Shown one piece after another: positions 1 to 13,511 of a stretch of 64,000 nucleotides of DNA. The DNA comes from Leptogorgia sarmentosa (lineage: Eukaryota). The stretch is from contig OZ210885.1 in the NCBI GenBank assembly GCA_964658305.1, positions 12,710,001 through 12,774,000 of the forward strand, written 5' to 3'. Position numbers and translations under genes: made by a program. The notes below the pieces were generated by a model, which was not told the DNA's origin, ran no database searches, and worked only from the letters and a program-made list of their open reading frames with translations. Position 1 is the first letter of the stretch. Each line of letters begins with the position of its first letter.

Positions 1-411
1 CACAATGTTTCCTGCACATAATGGACACTATACTTGATAAATCCTCGATAAATTGACTGTCAAAACGTTAGGGGATGGCATAATATTCATCCTTTCAGCC
101 GAAAAAGTTGGTGACTTGTGTCACCCCCCTCCCTCTCCACGATTCACATCTTGCCTTCATTCATTTTAAATACATAATTATTATAAATTCAAGAATTTAG
201 ATTCTGACGGCTAATTTTTGTTAATTTTGCTACTTTTCGAGCTGTTTTACGAAACCAAGCAAGAATATTAGAAAATAATTCGAACAGAAATTCTCGAAAT
301 TAAAATACGTAATAATAAGCATTTATAACTGGATGACGTTCATATCATTTTGTGGGGGGAATATTGAATGGAAGGACGTTATTTTGAGCAGTGGTTTGAT
401 TATTCTGACAG

Positions 412-679
412 ATTGATCGGGTAAATGCCAACGGAGTCGTGCATAGTTACGAAAACGAAGATATGTGGAGTATGTTCGAGTATAATAAGAGAATTAAAAC
501 AATGCGCGTGGCCCAGAACTCCCTTTTTTGTGTTCAACAGTTCAATTATATTGGTGATTCAGCTAAAGGGAGAATCGCAGAGTGGAACTTGAACGAAACC
601 GCGAAAAAGTACAGCAGTAATTTCTACACCGAGAATGTTTTAAGAATTAACAATTCTGGCAACCTTGTGGCTATATTAG
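412..679 (+). CDS. Possible internal exon of a WD40-repeat gene
   Basis: Open frame between CAG acceptor (409-411) and GTAAAT donor (680). Sequence ...GRIAEWNLNE...RINNSGNLVAILG resembles a WD blade. Same strand as the 5949 exon. Confidence 0.35.
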
Positions 680-1094
680 GTAAATAATTTCATTGTTATT
701 ATTTTATTTTCTAATCTCAATTGCACAAGGTGTGATCGGGTAATTCATCGAGTATTATAGCTGAAGGGTTCGAGTGAATAAAATTGGAAAAATAGAAGAA
801 AAACGTTACTCTTCAACATTCCGTGCGCGCACTTGTTGCTTCTACTGAACAAATTGAATTGTTGTCGTGAACTCCAACGCCCACGATAACTCCGCCAAAC
901 GCGTAATAAAAGGTCGTGACAATGTGTGTTATTAAATTATTTATCGCTACACTGATGCAAAGCATCACCGGGCGAGACTTGAGGCCATTCATTATATCAG
1001 TGACCTCTAAGATTACAGCGTGGCAGACTTTAAATGTGATCAACATAGAGGCTACATGTGACGTACAGCACGCAAAGTCAAGCTTGTACATGAA

Positions 1095-1315
1095 GGGCCT
1101 GTTTTTATGATCCCTCTTAACCGGGATTCAATGAAGCTGCGTCAAATGATTTTGAGCTATTGAAATGAGTCACGTTCATGAAACGAAACAACCAAAGTTA
1201 GGACACTTTTAGTACAAATCAACAAAAAAGATATATTTTACAAAAATATATTTTTTGCGTTTTACATTTTGCCTTTCATTGAATCCCGGGTGAGTGGGAT
1301 CATATAAACAGGCCC
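1095..1315. mobile_element. PIF/Harbinger-type MITE
   Basis: ~40-bp imperfect TIRs GGGCCTGTTT..AAACAGGCCC, flanked by GAA/TAA. Confidence 0.65.
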
Positions 1316-2477
1316 TAAGAAAGCCTTTTTAACCTCCCTGCGTAGGCATAGCCGTGCAGCGGAGTCTTAAAATGTGCGTGTCTTTTGTCGTCGACGGTGT
1401 TACAAACTTGCTTCTTGATTAATAGGTACATCGGTGTCGATTTATGGATAATTTGACGTCGGAGCCTTTGTTGTTTTAGGCACGCACATTTTACTTCCGG
1501 CGTTTCGGTCGCAGTCATTGCGATTTGTGAACTATAAATATAACGAACGTGTAGCTAACAATTTTAATGAGTATATTGTCCTTGTTTTATGCTGGATTTC
1601 AACGAAATCTTAAGTAAGTTCTAAAGGAAGGTATATTGTGCATTTATTTTAATAAGATTCTGAAATGAATCTGAAATTGCCGAAATAGCATATACGACTC
1701 GAGGTCGCAGAATAACTGTTAAATATTCGCGGCCCAATCAGGTTTGAATTTAATGAGTAGCTCAACGACGTCCGGTTTATCGCACAGCAAAGCGGGTACG
1801 CGGATATATATTGGCCGAATTTTGTCATTCCTTCGAGAATTTTAGAGCGAATTTACGCTATTTGAAAAAAGTATGATTATTTTGATAGTTACACGAGATC
1901 CTTCTTGCTGGGAACATCGATTAATTTGGAAAGAGATACGTTTAAATGCGAAAAATCGAGGATAGTTTGTTTGACATATGCCTCGTCTGGTCGCAATGTC
2001 TCCATCCTATTATTTTTAGTAATTTTCAGGCGGGCACGAGCAACCTGGGCCAGCTGTGGTTATTTGAGAGGTGACGATACCGCGGTTCCGGTTTACGGGT
2101 ACTGGAACGGGAAATGCAGCCGTACCCGTAAACCGGAACCGGGGTATCTTAGCCTCACTATTAGCTTTATAGACCTGTTGGAAGTTCTACTCAAATTCAT
2201 CAAGAGTTGTAAAACAAAAACCGTGCAAATTACACTGGTAGAAACTGCCTGAACATACAATACAAAACGAAGGTCCAAAATTTTATTCGCGGTATGACAA
2301 CGATCAATTTTTCTAGCTCACCCATTCGTTCGCTTTATTCCTTCGGTCGTTATCAAAGAAACATCATATTAACTAGGAACGAAATTTGCTCTGTCTCTAG
2401 CGCTGCCATCAAAATTCCCGCCTAAGATTCATGCAACAAAGCACGCGACGTCAAGCTACTGTACGCAAGATTATTGC

Positions 2478-3425
2478 AATCCACGTTTACTGCGATGCGC
2501 CGTAGGATACTGTCACGTGACCAATTTTGCATTTTTTCGGACAACTTTCGTAGCGCGGTATGTAAAATATATACACGTGTGGCAAGTAGAACGCAGAATA
2601 TTTTTATTTAGAGGCTGTATTCGAAGTATTTTGGAGTGCGGAAATATATTTAAGTCGGTAGAGTTTCGTTGTTGTAAAGGGGACGGTATCTGGTGATTAC
2701 AGCAGAGGACGTTTTCATATTATTATTTATAATAGACACGAGCAGTGCGCTCGCATTTTATCAATCAATAAACATTTAAATGCACGCTTCTTTCTAAAGT
2801 CGCTTTCAACAGCGACTCAACATAACCCTAGTCGAAAAGCCGGTAATCGTCATATGATTTATAAGCAGCAGTCCTTGTTTATCAGAATCGGTCGAATAGT
2901 GAATGAGGTAGTTGAAAATGTCATACAAACCAAACGGAGGCGAATCAGAGAAGGAAGTCATTCACAAAGTGAGACAATGGTTGCTGTATTATCAAATCGT
3001 TAATAATGAGGGTATTTTCCGAGCTTCCTTCGTTTGAATATTCATTACTCGGTTCGACGGGCAGCATCATTTTTTCAACTGCTTGAGCGATTTCAAGCAA
3101 AGTAGGCTTAAGATAGCCATTCACCGTAACGCCGCGCATTTGCAAATACTTCCTCAGTTCAGCAACAGTCATGTTCGACAATGTTTTTATTTTGTTTTCG
3201 CTAGGCTCAGTTTCAGACATCTTCCAAGCATTAGGCAAAACTCTACCGACTTAAATATATTTCGCACTCCAAAATACTTCGAACACAGCCTATAAATAAG
3301 AATATTCTGCGTTCTACTTGCCCCACGTGTATATCTTTTACATAGCGCGCTTCGAAAGTTGTCCGAAAAAATGCAAAATTGGTCACGTGACAGTATCCTA
3401 CGGCGCATCGCAGTAAACGTGGATT
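2478..3425 (-). mobile_element. Internally deleted TIR DNA transposon with SAP-domain ORF remnant
   Basis: ~190-bp inverted repeats (2478-2666 / 3238-3425). Internal minus-strand remnant LSNMTVAELRKYLQMRGVTVNGYLKPTLLEIA (SAP-like) continues through stops into YKSYDDYRLFD*GYVESL. Confidence 0.7.
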
Positions 3426-3749
3426 AAAAGCCTTTCAAAGCATAAAATATGCGAATATAATATAAGCCATCGGCGAGTTCTGAGACGAAATCATCAAAGT
3501 TACGAAAAAAATTAAAACAGTGGATCAAGACCTTTTATGTTACATCAATAAACCTGTCTTAACAAGAAGCACAGTAGATGACACCCCGCTTTCAACCCCG
3601 TAGACGTAATCTCACGGTAACCCCTCACCTCCCGTTAGACGTGAAACTATGTTATCTGCGAATTATTCGCGGGGAAAGTTTGAGCATTACCCAGTTTAGT
3701 CTGCATAGGTTTTTAATTTTGTGTCGGCTGTATCGGTCACCCTTTTTAC

Positions 3750-3980
3750 CAGGGGCGGATTTTCATGTTTTTCACTGAGGGATGCAAAAAATTGGGGAGT
3801 GAGTATTTTTGTGTGTTTGATTTTCTATGTAAATTTGCCGCAAAAAAGCGTAGAAACATGTTAATTTTATAGCTACTTTATTGTTAGTACATTGACATTG
3901 TGGGCGGGACAGGAGATGGAATTTTTTTTGAAGGGATGAACAATTTCCCCGCACACCGTCCCCCAGAAACTCTGCCCCTG
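3750..3980. mobile_element. hAT-like MITE
   Basis: Ends CAGGGGCGGA..TCTGCCCCTG. No clean TSD. Confidence 0.5.
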
Positions 3981-5948
3981 GATAGCACGACAGACAGTTT
4001 ATACCGCCCCTTGCAAAGAAACGTCTGATTTAAAGCTGTGTCATTTACACGAAACTTGCTGAGAAATTTGTGCACGTAAATCGCAGGTTACTGTGTCTAT
4101 ATTTCCTTATAAACATGCTATGAGAAAAAATCTGAAAATGAATGTAGAATGCGGGCTTTAACGCATTCCTCTGTGTAACATACCTGCAGACTTTAAAATC
4201 TCTGATGAAATGATGATGAACTCACAAATGATCGCAAAATGATTACTTCGTGTAACTGACCCGTTATACAGTATGACATTGACATGGCTATGAATCCAAA
4301 ATTACGTTGCAAGTGATCGTGAAAATTGACTCGTGTGAAGGCTACGAATCCAAAGTAAGTCACACGTTGTGTGAGAAATTCCCTTCTGCAACATTAAGAA
4401 TAGTGGGTGTGCCATGCGATAAAAATGTTTCATGTGTAAGCTAGCCACAATATAACATGGCTGTAAATTCGAAATTACCCTGCGTAACTCCCCCCAAAAA
4501 TCGCCTCATGCAACGTACGCACAAAAACATTTTCATCGGTGGACAAAAATCGTGTCTTATGCGCCTGGCTTTATTCAAAATCGATCCCTCATCCATCTGT
4601 GAATCTGCGATCTATCTCTCCTGCAGCGACTTTGAATACGTAGTCGAAATAGTAGTTGAATAAGCATAGGATTCTTGCCCTCCCTGTCTACAACCAACCA
4701 TCATGCATCAAAATTATTTTTCATACGAAGTGTCGAAGCTGTTGTGTTCTTGTACATTACAAGATCTGAAGGATAACCACTAGATGTGCTGCACCTGTTC
4801 GCATGTTTAGTACACGAAATAGGAAGTCTCTTGGAATATGTTCGTAGCTACACGGCAGTAAGATCAATCTTTACCAGTATCAGAGACCCACAATACTTCT
4901 CTATCACTGTCTTCACCTAATGAATATCCTTGAGACGTTGAACGATGTCGTCTGAAACCTCACTGGACTTCACTGATGTTTGTTTCATATGCTTCTTTGA
5001 TACGTGCTAGCTATAATGATCTTCGCTAAAATACGACTCATATTTGCTCTGATGGAGATAGGCCTCTGTAATTCTTGGCCAAACTTCTTTTTTTCTCTTT
5101 CGTACAAACAGGTGATAGATCAGGCAGTTTTAGCTGCATGTTACGAAACGTCTGATTTAAAGCTATGTTATTTAGATGAGACTCGATGGAAATTTGTGGA
5201 GATATGTCCCTGTTTACTCTGCTAATATTTCCTAGTTATAGTATGTTATGTAAACAATTGTGAAAAGCGAGTGTAGTAGCGGTCTACGTGAACAATTTCT
5301 GAGACAGCAACTTAAATAACTTCACCTCAGGACCCTACTCCCTGGACAGGTGCTTTATGCTTTTAATAGAAATTAGTAGCAGGTGCAGGTGCAAATCCTG
5401 TCAGGCGCGGGCAGTTTTGACACTTGCGGGAAAGTTGATGTATCAAAACTACCCGCGCATCCCTAAATTTACGCCCGCACATGTTACTAATTTCTATTGA
5501 AAGCATAAAAGCTCCTGTTGCAGAGGCAGCTCATTACCCGAAATTGAATTGCCACTTGCGACAAATTCCTTTGGGTAACATACCTGCAACATAAATCACA
5601 ATGAAGCTAAAATTGCGTCACAAATATTGGCAAAATAATTATTCTGTATAACGTAGCCGTTAGATAACACGGCTAACAATCCAAGATCAGCTCGCAAGTG
5701 ATGGCAAAAATTGATTCACGTGAAATGCCGGTTCGATAAAATGGCTGTAAATCCAAATTAAAATACGTCTCACGTTGTATCGAAATTGCCTTGGGAAAGA
5801 ACATTGGGTATATGCACTGCGATCAAAATCTTTCGTTCGTAACAGCCACTATAAATATAAAACATAGCTATCAATCCAAAATTGATCCAAAAATTGCCTC
5901 GCGTAACATTGCTTTAACAGATTAACAAAATTTAAATCACATTTTTAG

Positions 5949-6274
5949 GTCATGGTTCTTTGGCGATTAAGGACTTCATAACTGGAAAGGTTCTCTATAG
6001 ATTTCCAATTCAAAATGCTGAACGTATCAGAGCGTTGGCATTAGCGGCTGGAAGTGAATTTCTTTTGTCGTGCTCGGATTATGACAAGACGCTGAAACTG
6101 TGGAACCTACAAAATGGAGAGTGTGTTGAAGAGTTTCATTTCGACCGGAATGTTTTAGCCATTGCATGTGGCTCAAATGGAATGGTTTGTGTTGGCCTGG
6201 CAGGAGGTCGGGTCTGCTTCCTTCGTCTTAATAAGTTATCCTCGCATTCAAAAGAACTCCAACCAAAAGGTTGA
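5949..6274 (+). CDS. Terminal exon of a WD40-repeat protein
   Basis: Acceptor ATTTTTAG at 5941-5948. WD motifs LLSCSDYDKTLKLWNLQNGECV and VCVGLAGGRVCFLRL, ending in TGA. Confidence 0.7.
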
Positions 6275-7776
6275 AGACTTGAGAGATATTGCAACATTGT
6301 CTGAAATGAATATTAAACGTGGAAACAAGGATACAGTATGTGGAGTAACAATATCAATATTTCTTGCAATGAAAAATACTATAAAATGTATATAAAGTAG
6401 AATAAAGACTCAAAAAACCAAAACCATTGAAATTAATGCATTGTTGGAATTTGAAAGCCCTTTCAGTTTGAACTCGAAAAAATTCGTAAAAAGTAATTAA
6501 GAAATTGTAATGAGATATACTTGTAATGTGCGTCCGATTTGATTAAAACCAAAATTTGAATATAGACTAAAGTATGTAATGGCTTGCAAAATTGGCTTAG
6601 CTTAGACCCCGTTTCACGGTACTGGATTCACGTAGTCACGACAATGATTTCGTCGCGTTTTAGGTTATTTTTACTCTAACCACACATTCTATGATTAGTT
6701 GTTAATATTAAATTCTGTAATATCACCATAGATTTAAATAAGAGCCACACTCGTCTTGAAACAATTAAATTTGATGTCGTGACCAAGCTGATCCGGTGCC
6801 GTGTAAACGGGATCTTAGGGGTTAGCTTAGTGCTGGGGCATTCAAATTCAAACAATGCGCTAATTTCAAAGGTTTTGGGGCTTTTTGGGACACCCTGTAG
6901 ACTAATATTCGACTATGACTATTTTTACCAAAACAACCACCATTCGAATCGGTGCGTTACTTAATTTTTGAAAGTCATTAATTTGATAGTAGACGCAGGC
7001 ATCATATTTTCTGAGATCATTTCTGATTCAATGTTTTCTACATTTTACCTCATTCATTATTCAATATCCCTACTGTCAGTAATTAAGATACACTTGTCCA
7101 GGCTTCCGCAGGAAATAGCTGTGTGACAGTATCACTGAATAAGTTAAACGGTGAACATATCTGGAAATGTTCAGCAATTCGCCTAATTAACATAAGAGGC
7201 AACTTTATATTTGAAAATGATTTTGTTTTAACTTTAATGTAAATTTTTAGTATATATTGTTTACATGACTATGGAATTATTATAGAATATTTGTCAATAA
7301 AAGTAAAATTACCAATGATGTTTGCAATGGTGTCACATTTACAGCATTATCAGCAAACCTTACTGAACTTCAGACGTCATTATCACTTAGTCGTATTTTC
7401 TAAAATCTTTTCATTTCAGCAATGTTTTACAGATACAACATTGGACCATCGATCCTTATAAGTTTGTTCGCAGACTAAAGGGCGGAGCGATTTCGCTGCG
7501 ATTTCTTGTGCGATTTTCCCCTTTTGACGGATGTGAACGAGTAGATCAGTCACAAATGTTCAGGTGAGAAAGCACGCACTCAGCACATTCCTTGTTAATC
7601 CACTCGTTCACATCCATCAGAAGGAGAAAATCCCAGCAAAAACTCGCTCGTGTGCACGGGCCTTAAGGGATCGTGATATGGGAAAAGTTATCTCTGTTGA
7701 CAAGAAAATATTTGAGTGTCTAATGACTCAGTTCTGCTCTTATTGAGCACGTTATAACGTCACCACGCTTATCGAG

Positions 7777-8169
7777 TACCTTATTCGTACTTAATTTCGC
7801 GTGACTTTAATTTCGCGATTTTCGCGATTGAAAAAAATCGCGAAATTAAAGTCGCGCGAATAAAAATCCTCGAGAAATTTAACCACGCGAAATTAAATAC
7901 ATTAGTTAAAAAATTAGAATTGTTAAATCATTAATTTCTCAATATGTATGAATAGTATGATCAACAACAACATGTACAGCTCGTATGTCGTTTTACCGAC
8001 ATCGACATATATAAATTACATATGATGGTTTTGAAAATCTGTATTTCGCGAAAATTAATGCCCTTTTTCTATTTTATGTCATCAAAATCGCGAAAATAAA
8101 GTCTCGCTAAATATGGCTTCGACAAAATCGCGAAATTAAGTACGCGCGAAATTAAGTACGAATAAGGTA
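7777..8169. mobile_element. MITE with TIRs and internal TTTCGCG sub-repeats
   Basis: TACCTTATTCGTACTTAATTTCGCG..CGCGAAATTAAGTACGAATAAGGTA perfect terminal inversion. Confidence 0.8.
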
Positions 8170-8194
8170 AATTGTTTTCGGCCGTGAAAGGCTG

Positions 8195-8639
8195 TTATAT
8201 AATAACTACAGTGAAACACGCAATTTGATTGGTCAATAGTCCTGCAGGATCAGACAATCCTGCACAGTATCCTGCTTGGAAAATTCTGAATGCTTACTCA
8301 CGAGCATAATGCTCACGAGTCACGGGATTTTTAAAATGTCGGCAATAAAATAAAGTAAAATACGAAAATTTGACAGTAACACAAATTGCTATCGAAAACA
8401 ACAAGCAAGGGTTTTCGTATTTATGCAAAAATGCAAAAGAAATTAACGTTTATTTTATAAAACAATTACCAAATGATTTTTCCATGCAGGATAGCGTTAT
8501 CCATACACTTGGGATGTGGTTTGAGTTTCGGAAAGTGACTCGCCTGCGGCTCGTGATTTTTTACGCTTTCCGAAAGTCGCCACATCCCACGTGCATGGAT
8601 GACGCAATCCTGCACGGAAAACCATTCGGTATTCTTTAA
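8195..8639 (+). mobile_element. Non-autonomous element with asymmetric short IR and 3' long hairpin (Crypton- or Helentron-type)
   Basis: TTATATAATA..TATTTTATAA, then AACAAT and a ~175-bp imperfect palindrome. TGATTGG near the 5' end. Confidence 0.5.
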
Positions 8640-8809
8640 TGGAAAGTTGCTGATATGAAAGAAAGTGTTAAAGTTTCAATCATATGTTCGTATGAGATAA
8701 TCATTTTCCTGTTATAACTCGTACTACGTGCACTGTCGGTACAAAAGACGAGCTCAGTGCTGACTTTGCGCATGGTTAACAAGAAATTATTAGTTTGTGT
8801 ATTCTTATC

Positions 8810-9255
8810 AGTCTGCTCTTGTGCCATCAAAACTTTTGTTTGTTGAGACCTGGACTCTAAAATCAAGAACTGTGATATCGCCCAAAACACCTGACCAGTG
8901 TGGCGGTCCTTGTGGGTCAACCGGGGACGAATCGGATGGGACTGTCGAACTTACTGGACTATTCTTCATTCCAACCAACACAAATTAATCCACTTGGCTC
9001 TGTATGAATATAACACCAAACCAAATTAAAATAATTTTAAAAAACTATTTGCAAGATTCATTATGTAGATTTCAGCTTCGGAAGCATGAGCTTGTACCTT
9101 GTGGGTTCTTCCGAAGGATCCAACAAGATCCATCTTTTGCTCCAGCTAATTTATCAACAACACCAGGACAATCTCGGGCTGAGTTGAATATCTCGCCCAA
9201 TGTTGGAGAACCTGTATTGCCAGGTGAAAAACGGCACAAACAGAATATGAATCGG
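8810..9255 (-). pseudogene. Degenerate exons of an uncharacterised gene
   Basis: Minus-strand segments SARDCPGVVDKLAGAKDGSCWI and MKNSPVSSTVPSDSSPVDPQGPPHWSGVLGDITVLDFRVQVST look coding but are broken. Confidence 0.3.
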
Positions 9256-9397
9256 TAATTTAAATTCTATACTTTTTCGAATAGCAAAAGCTTTTCAAAA
9301 GTAAACCTGTACTATTGACCAGACATATAGACAACCATTTATTAATTTAACACAATTGTTTACTTATATTCACATTCCGAGAAAAGATAAATGTTTC

Positions 9398-9469
9398 TCC
9401 CATGTGGTCCAGTGGTCAGGATCTGGCGCTCTCACCGCCAAGGCCCAAGTTCAATTCCCGGCATGGGAA
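9398..9469 (+). tRNA. tRNA-Glu(CTC), slightly degenerate T arm
   Basis: TCCCATGTGGTCCAGTGG..CTC..GTTCAATTCCCGGCATGGGAA. Shares flanks with the copy at 34805. Confidence 0.75.
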
Positions 9470-9595
9470 TTAGATATTTGCGAGAGAATGAAAAAAGCAT
9501 AACACGCTTGACATAACGCTCAGATGATGTGGTTGGCAAGTAAATAATAATATGACTCACTAACAAAAAGCAGCCCGTACTTCTAGTATATTATT

Positions 9596-9927
9596 TATCA
9601 TTTATAGACCCGGAGCGAGGGGCATTCGGCGTAATATTTCCCGAAGTGATGATATTAGAACAAAACATTTTTGCATCTTTGTTTTCAAGAAGTCTATTTA
9701 TTTCTTCGTTTTGCCATTTGCATAGCTATACTAAGCGCGTGTTGCCCACGCGTCAGGCGTGAGCGTGGGATACTATATTATCCCACGGTGGATCTGCCGT
9801 GTGATATTATAGTATCCCGCGCTGGATTGCGAAATCAGGAATTTGAGTGAAAAACCGTAAAAAATCACACTATCGCGTGGTACAAATGCTGTTTTTTCAT
9901 TGGACAATTTGAATTTGAGGTATAATA
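9596..9927 (-). mobile_element. Internally deleted copy of the hairpin element at 60909-61357
   Basis: Near-identical sequence from TATCATTTATAGACCCGGAGCGAGG to GAATTTGAGGTATAATA, lacking the second hairpin arm. Confidence 0.75.
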
Positions 9928-12900
9928 TTTACTTTGTAAAATGTCCACCAATTAACCACCATGTCGTCATTGATGTACAAGTGACCACGGTAACCAGGAT
10001 ACCTAGAAACACTAGCAGAAGTTAACGACCTCTCATTGAATCAGGCTCGAAACTAAGGCGGAGGGCTTTCTCCGAGCTACGGCGCCGTCCGGGCGTTAGC
10101 CCCCTCGGCTATTCGCTCCCGGGTAAAGAGCAGCATTGCGGAGTCTGAAGTTGCTCGATTTGGCCATCATTTTGGTTATTGATCAAGGTTCAAAGGTGAA
10201 AGGATGGTCACCACAGATTTCAAAAATATGCAGGACTATCATGAAAGACGGGCACTTTCAACAAGACGAGAAAAGGACGAAAATCATTTCTGCAAGGCTA
10301 TAAAAGACTCCTGAGAAGGCATGAATGCTGCAAAAACACAGAAAAGACACGACAAAACAAGAGTCGATTGAAATACAAGACAACCGTATGTATTATCGCG
10401 TGTTTATTTGAATTGTAGCCTCGCTGCCTTAGTCGCATGACTGCTATTCTGTTTTTGCAAAATACTGAAAAACTTTAGAATTAAAAAAATACCAAGTTCT
10501 ACGCGACATTCAAAGATACATCTATCGTTTTAGGGAAATAATTTATACTTTTATTGATTTTTTGTATTGTTTAGAAGTGGAATTTGGATCAACTCGTGAA
10601 GTTCCTACGAAAAATGAAGAGCTTGAACCTTGCCAACAATGTAGAAGAAACAAGATTTATATTTTTTCCTTCCGAAACATGCATGGAAAGGGATGAAAAC
10701 TGGAGTGGCCGGAGAAAAACCATCGATCGGAACGCAGGGGAGATCGACCACACGAAATCCACTCACGTAAAATGTCACACCAATCTGTCTTAGGTTTTGC
10801 GGTGGTGAGAGCCACAATGCGCTACCGCTTTCGTCACCCGTACAAAGTTATATGTAATTCGCAATTAATATGCTAACAATATTAGTTCATTGTTTGATTA
10901 TATTACTTATATATGTTTCTTTATATGCCCGTTTATAGGAAGATAAAGATGCATAGAGCATCATCAAGGATGGTTCATCGTCCTTTCCCGTTATCTTCGT
11001 TTGTGGGACGTTAGATGCCATTTCACGAATATAATATATAGTGATATGTACAATCAATCACATTCATAAATAGTTGGGACACCAATGGTCTTAGGACATC
11101 AGTCGTATTGTGCGAATAATTAAAAACCATAATAACACCCCTCCCCTACCCCATCCTTGCAAATTGCAATGAAATGTCACATTTGATCAAACATTACTGG
11201 TTGATCAAATATTAGAGCCGAAATTGTATTTTCACTATAAGTGGTGGTGGTTATGCAAATATTTTATTTTGTGATTTGTAAATTGCAATTTTGACGGAAG
11301 ATGAATCTTCATGTAGAGCCCATATTGCATGAATGCAAAAAGAAAAGAACAAACGACAGCCGAACCAAGAGATTAATTGTGAGCAAGAAAATGGAATTAA
11401 CATACTCCTTCAGGCGGCAGATGATAATTGGACAGAAGCATTTACTGAAGGACATTGGGGATACATATCCTTTCATTTTTGTGAAAAACCATAATTATTA
11501 GACGTAATCATTTACAAAGACTAAATATGAAATTAAATTTAGGGAGGCTTAATTTACAAATTTTCTAATGACCGCCTAATATGTAGTCTAAAATGTTTAG
11601 CAGTGTTAGTACTTATGTTATTCCACTAAAACGTCACTTTTCTCTCTCATTTTTTGTGCTATAGGTAAAATCCGAAGCATTATCTAAAAAAAGGAGCTAC
11701 TACAGCTTTGCATATCAATGCATTCCCTTCTAATGGTCAAGCCTAAACGACCACGAATTCGAACATGTCGGCGTTTAGAAAGAACGACAACTTGGCGTAA
11801 TTAAATGTTGAACTGGGGGGATTCGTCATTTCGAGACAACATATATATATATATATATATATATTATCAATTTATGGTACGTTTTCGAAGGAAAATCAAA
11901 TGGTAATCATGGGAACTTTATTGAAGTACGTTTTCGAAGGAAAATCAAATGGTATCAAGGACAACAAAATACAGTTTGGAAATGTTCTCTGTGTGCAGTT
12001 TTTGTTGCTGTAACTCTGCGTTAAATGTGTCCAATTTCCCCAATTGGTTACTGTCTTACATACACGCGATATAACATTGTTTCAAATGTTCAACTAATTA
12101 AAAGTTTGAATACGTATATTCAAATGGTATAGAGATTTCACACTGACAGGCATCTAGAAAAATGAATACATTGTAAAATATTAACAAAGTATTTCAAAAA
12201 TTTGCTTGCCCTGTCCTGCTAAATGCATTTATAATGCAAGTATATATTGTTCAACATTATACTGCCCTTTTGGCATTACACTCCTGTTGTGCACAGATAG
12301 ATCAATTTATTTATGTCACTCTACTGCACTTGTTTGAAATAACATTGTATTATTTTGCACAGGTTTGAAAATTAGCCATGTGGTAAAGAAAATTTCAACT
12401 ATATATTTCCACGACCGAATCCATAGAAAAAGCACCGGAATTGGTCCATGAATTACAGGTAATCGTGGCATCAACTTAGAATTCATACATCATAAAGACA
12501 AATGTGACCTTCCATGGGATTTCATACGTTAACGATTTTTCGTTGAAATGGCAAAACAAACGGTAAACGAACGGATGTCCATGTGTCCCAACTGTTCTGA
12601 GTCCCAATCGTCCTGTGTCCAGTTTCAGTTACTTATAACAAATTTTCTTTTGTAGGACCATGAGGATCCAGATTCATTCTGTTCAACGCAGGTTGGAAAT
12701 CTCCCTGTGTTAGTATTCGCCGATGGAAAATTAACTGTGTATGTTATTGTTGGAAAAATGATACTACTGCAAGTTAGCATGTAGTGCCTTACAGAGGCTG
12801 TGGTGGCTTTCCTTGGAACATTTTATCTGATAAATTTTGATTACCCGAAACAACACGAGTATGGTTTGCTAATGCTCCAGTCAATAGTATTCATGAATGA

Positions 12901-13244
12901 AAGAGTGCCGAGCGATTTTAAGAGTGCCTTTGAAGGAGTTGCGAAAGCGTATACAAAATACAAAGTGGAATGTTCAAAGTAGAGATAAGTACTCTTTAAC
13001 TGCATGGGAACTATTGAACTGCCAGTGGTTATATATATATATATATCTATAGCTATACAGTAATATATATAAATACGATAAAGTTTTGGTTAACGAAATG
13101 CCAAAAGAGTGCTCGATACCATATAGATAGAGCAAATAGTATAGTTTTACCTCAAAAAGGTGCCACTACAGCCTGTTCCATCCAAAAGGAATCATCAGAT
13201 GGCTGTAATGATGAATGTAATATATATATATATATATATTATAT

Positions 13245-13470
13245 AGTGGGTGTTCATTCGCATATTGCAAAGCTCGCGTCCCTTGTGGTCGTTTGAGCAC
13301 TCTGGCCCCATGAGTCTCTGCGCATGTGTGGATGCGTTGACGTCTCGGTGTGTACCACATGCGTCCGGTGAGAGCGGTCTCATGTGGTTATATGCCGAAC
13401 GTTGCGTATCTACACACGTACAAAGCTGCACTGACGAGGCGTAAACGCCGAAACATGCATGTATGCAGAT

Positions 13471-13473
<3 letters not shown>
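13245..13473 (+). mobile_element. Short Penelope-derived / retrozyme-like element inserted in (TA)n
   Basis: ~230-bp GC-richer island flanked by (TA)n on both sides, with a 3' hammerhead. Confidence 0.6.
13426..13468 (+). ncRNA. Minimal type I hammerhead ribozyme
   Basis: Stem I CTGCA/TGCAG, core CTGACGA, stem II GGCG-TAAA-CGCC, GAAA, palindromic stem III ACATGCATGT, cleavage triplet GTA. Confidence 0.8.

Positions 13474-13511
<38 letters not shown>

Noticed and set aside
4015..5910. Imperfect direct duplication (~4015-4530 vs ~5145-5910) with an inserted palindrome at ~5345-5520
   Set aside because: Looks like decayed MITE-derived repeats in an intron; no coding or RNA signature.
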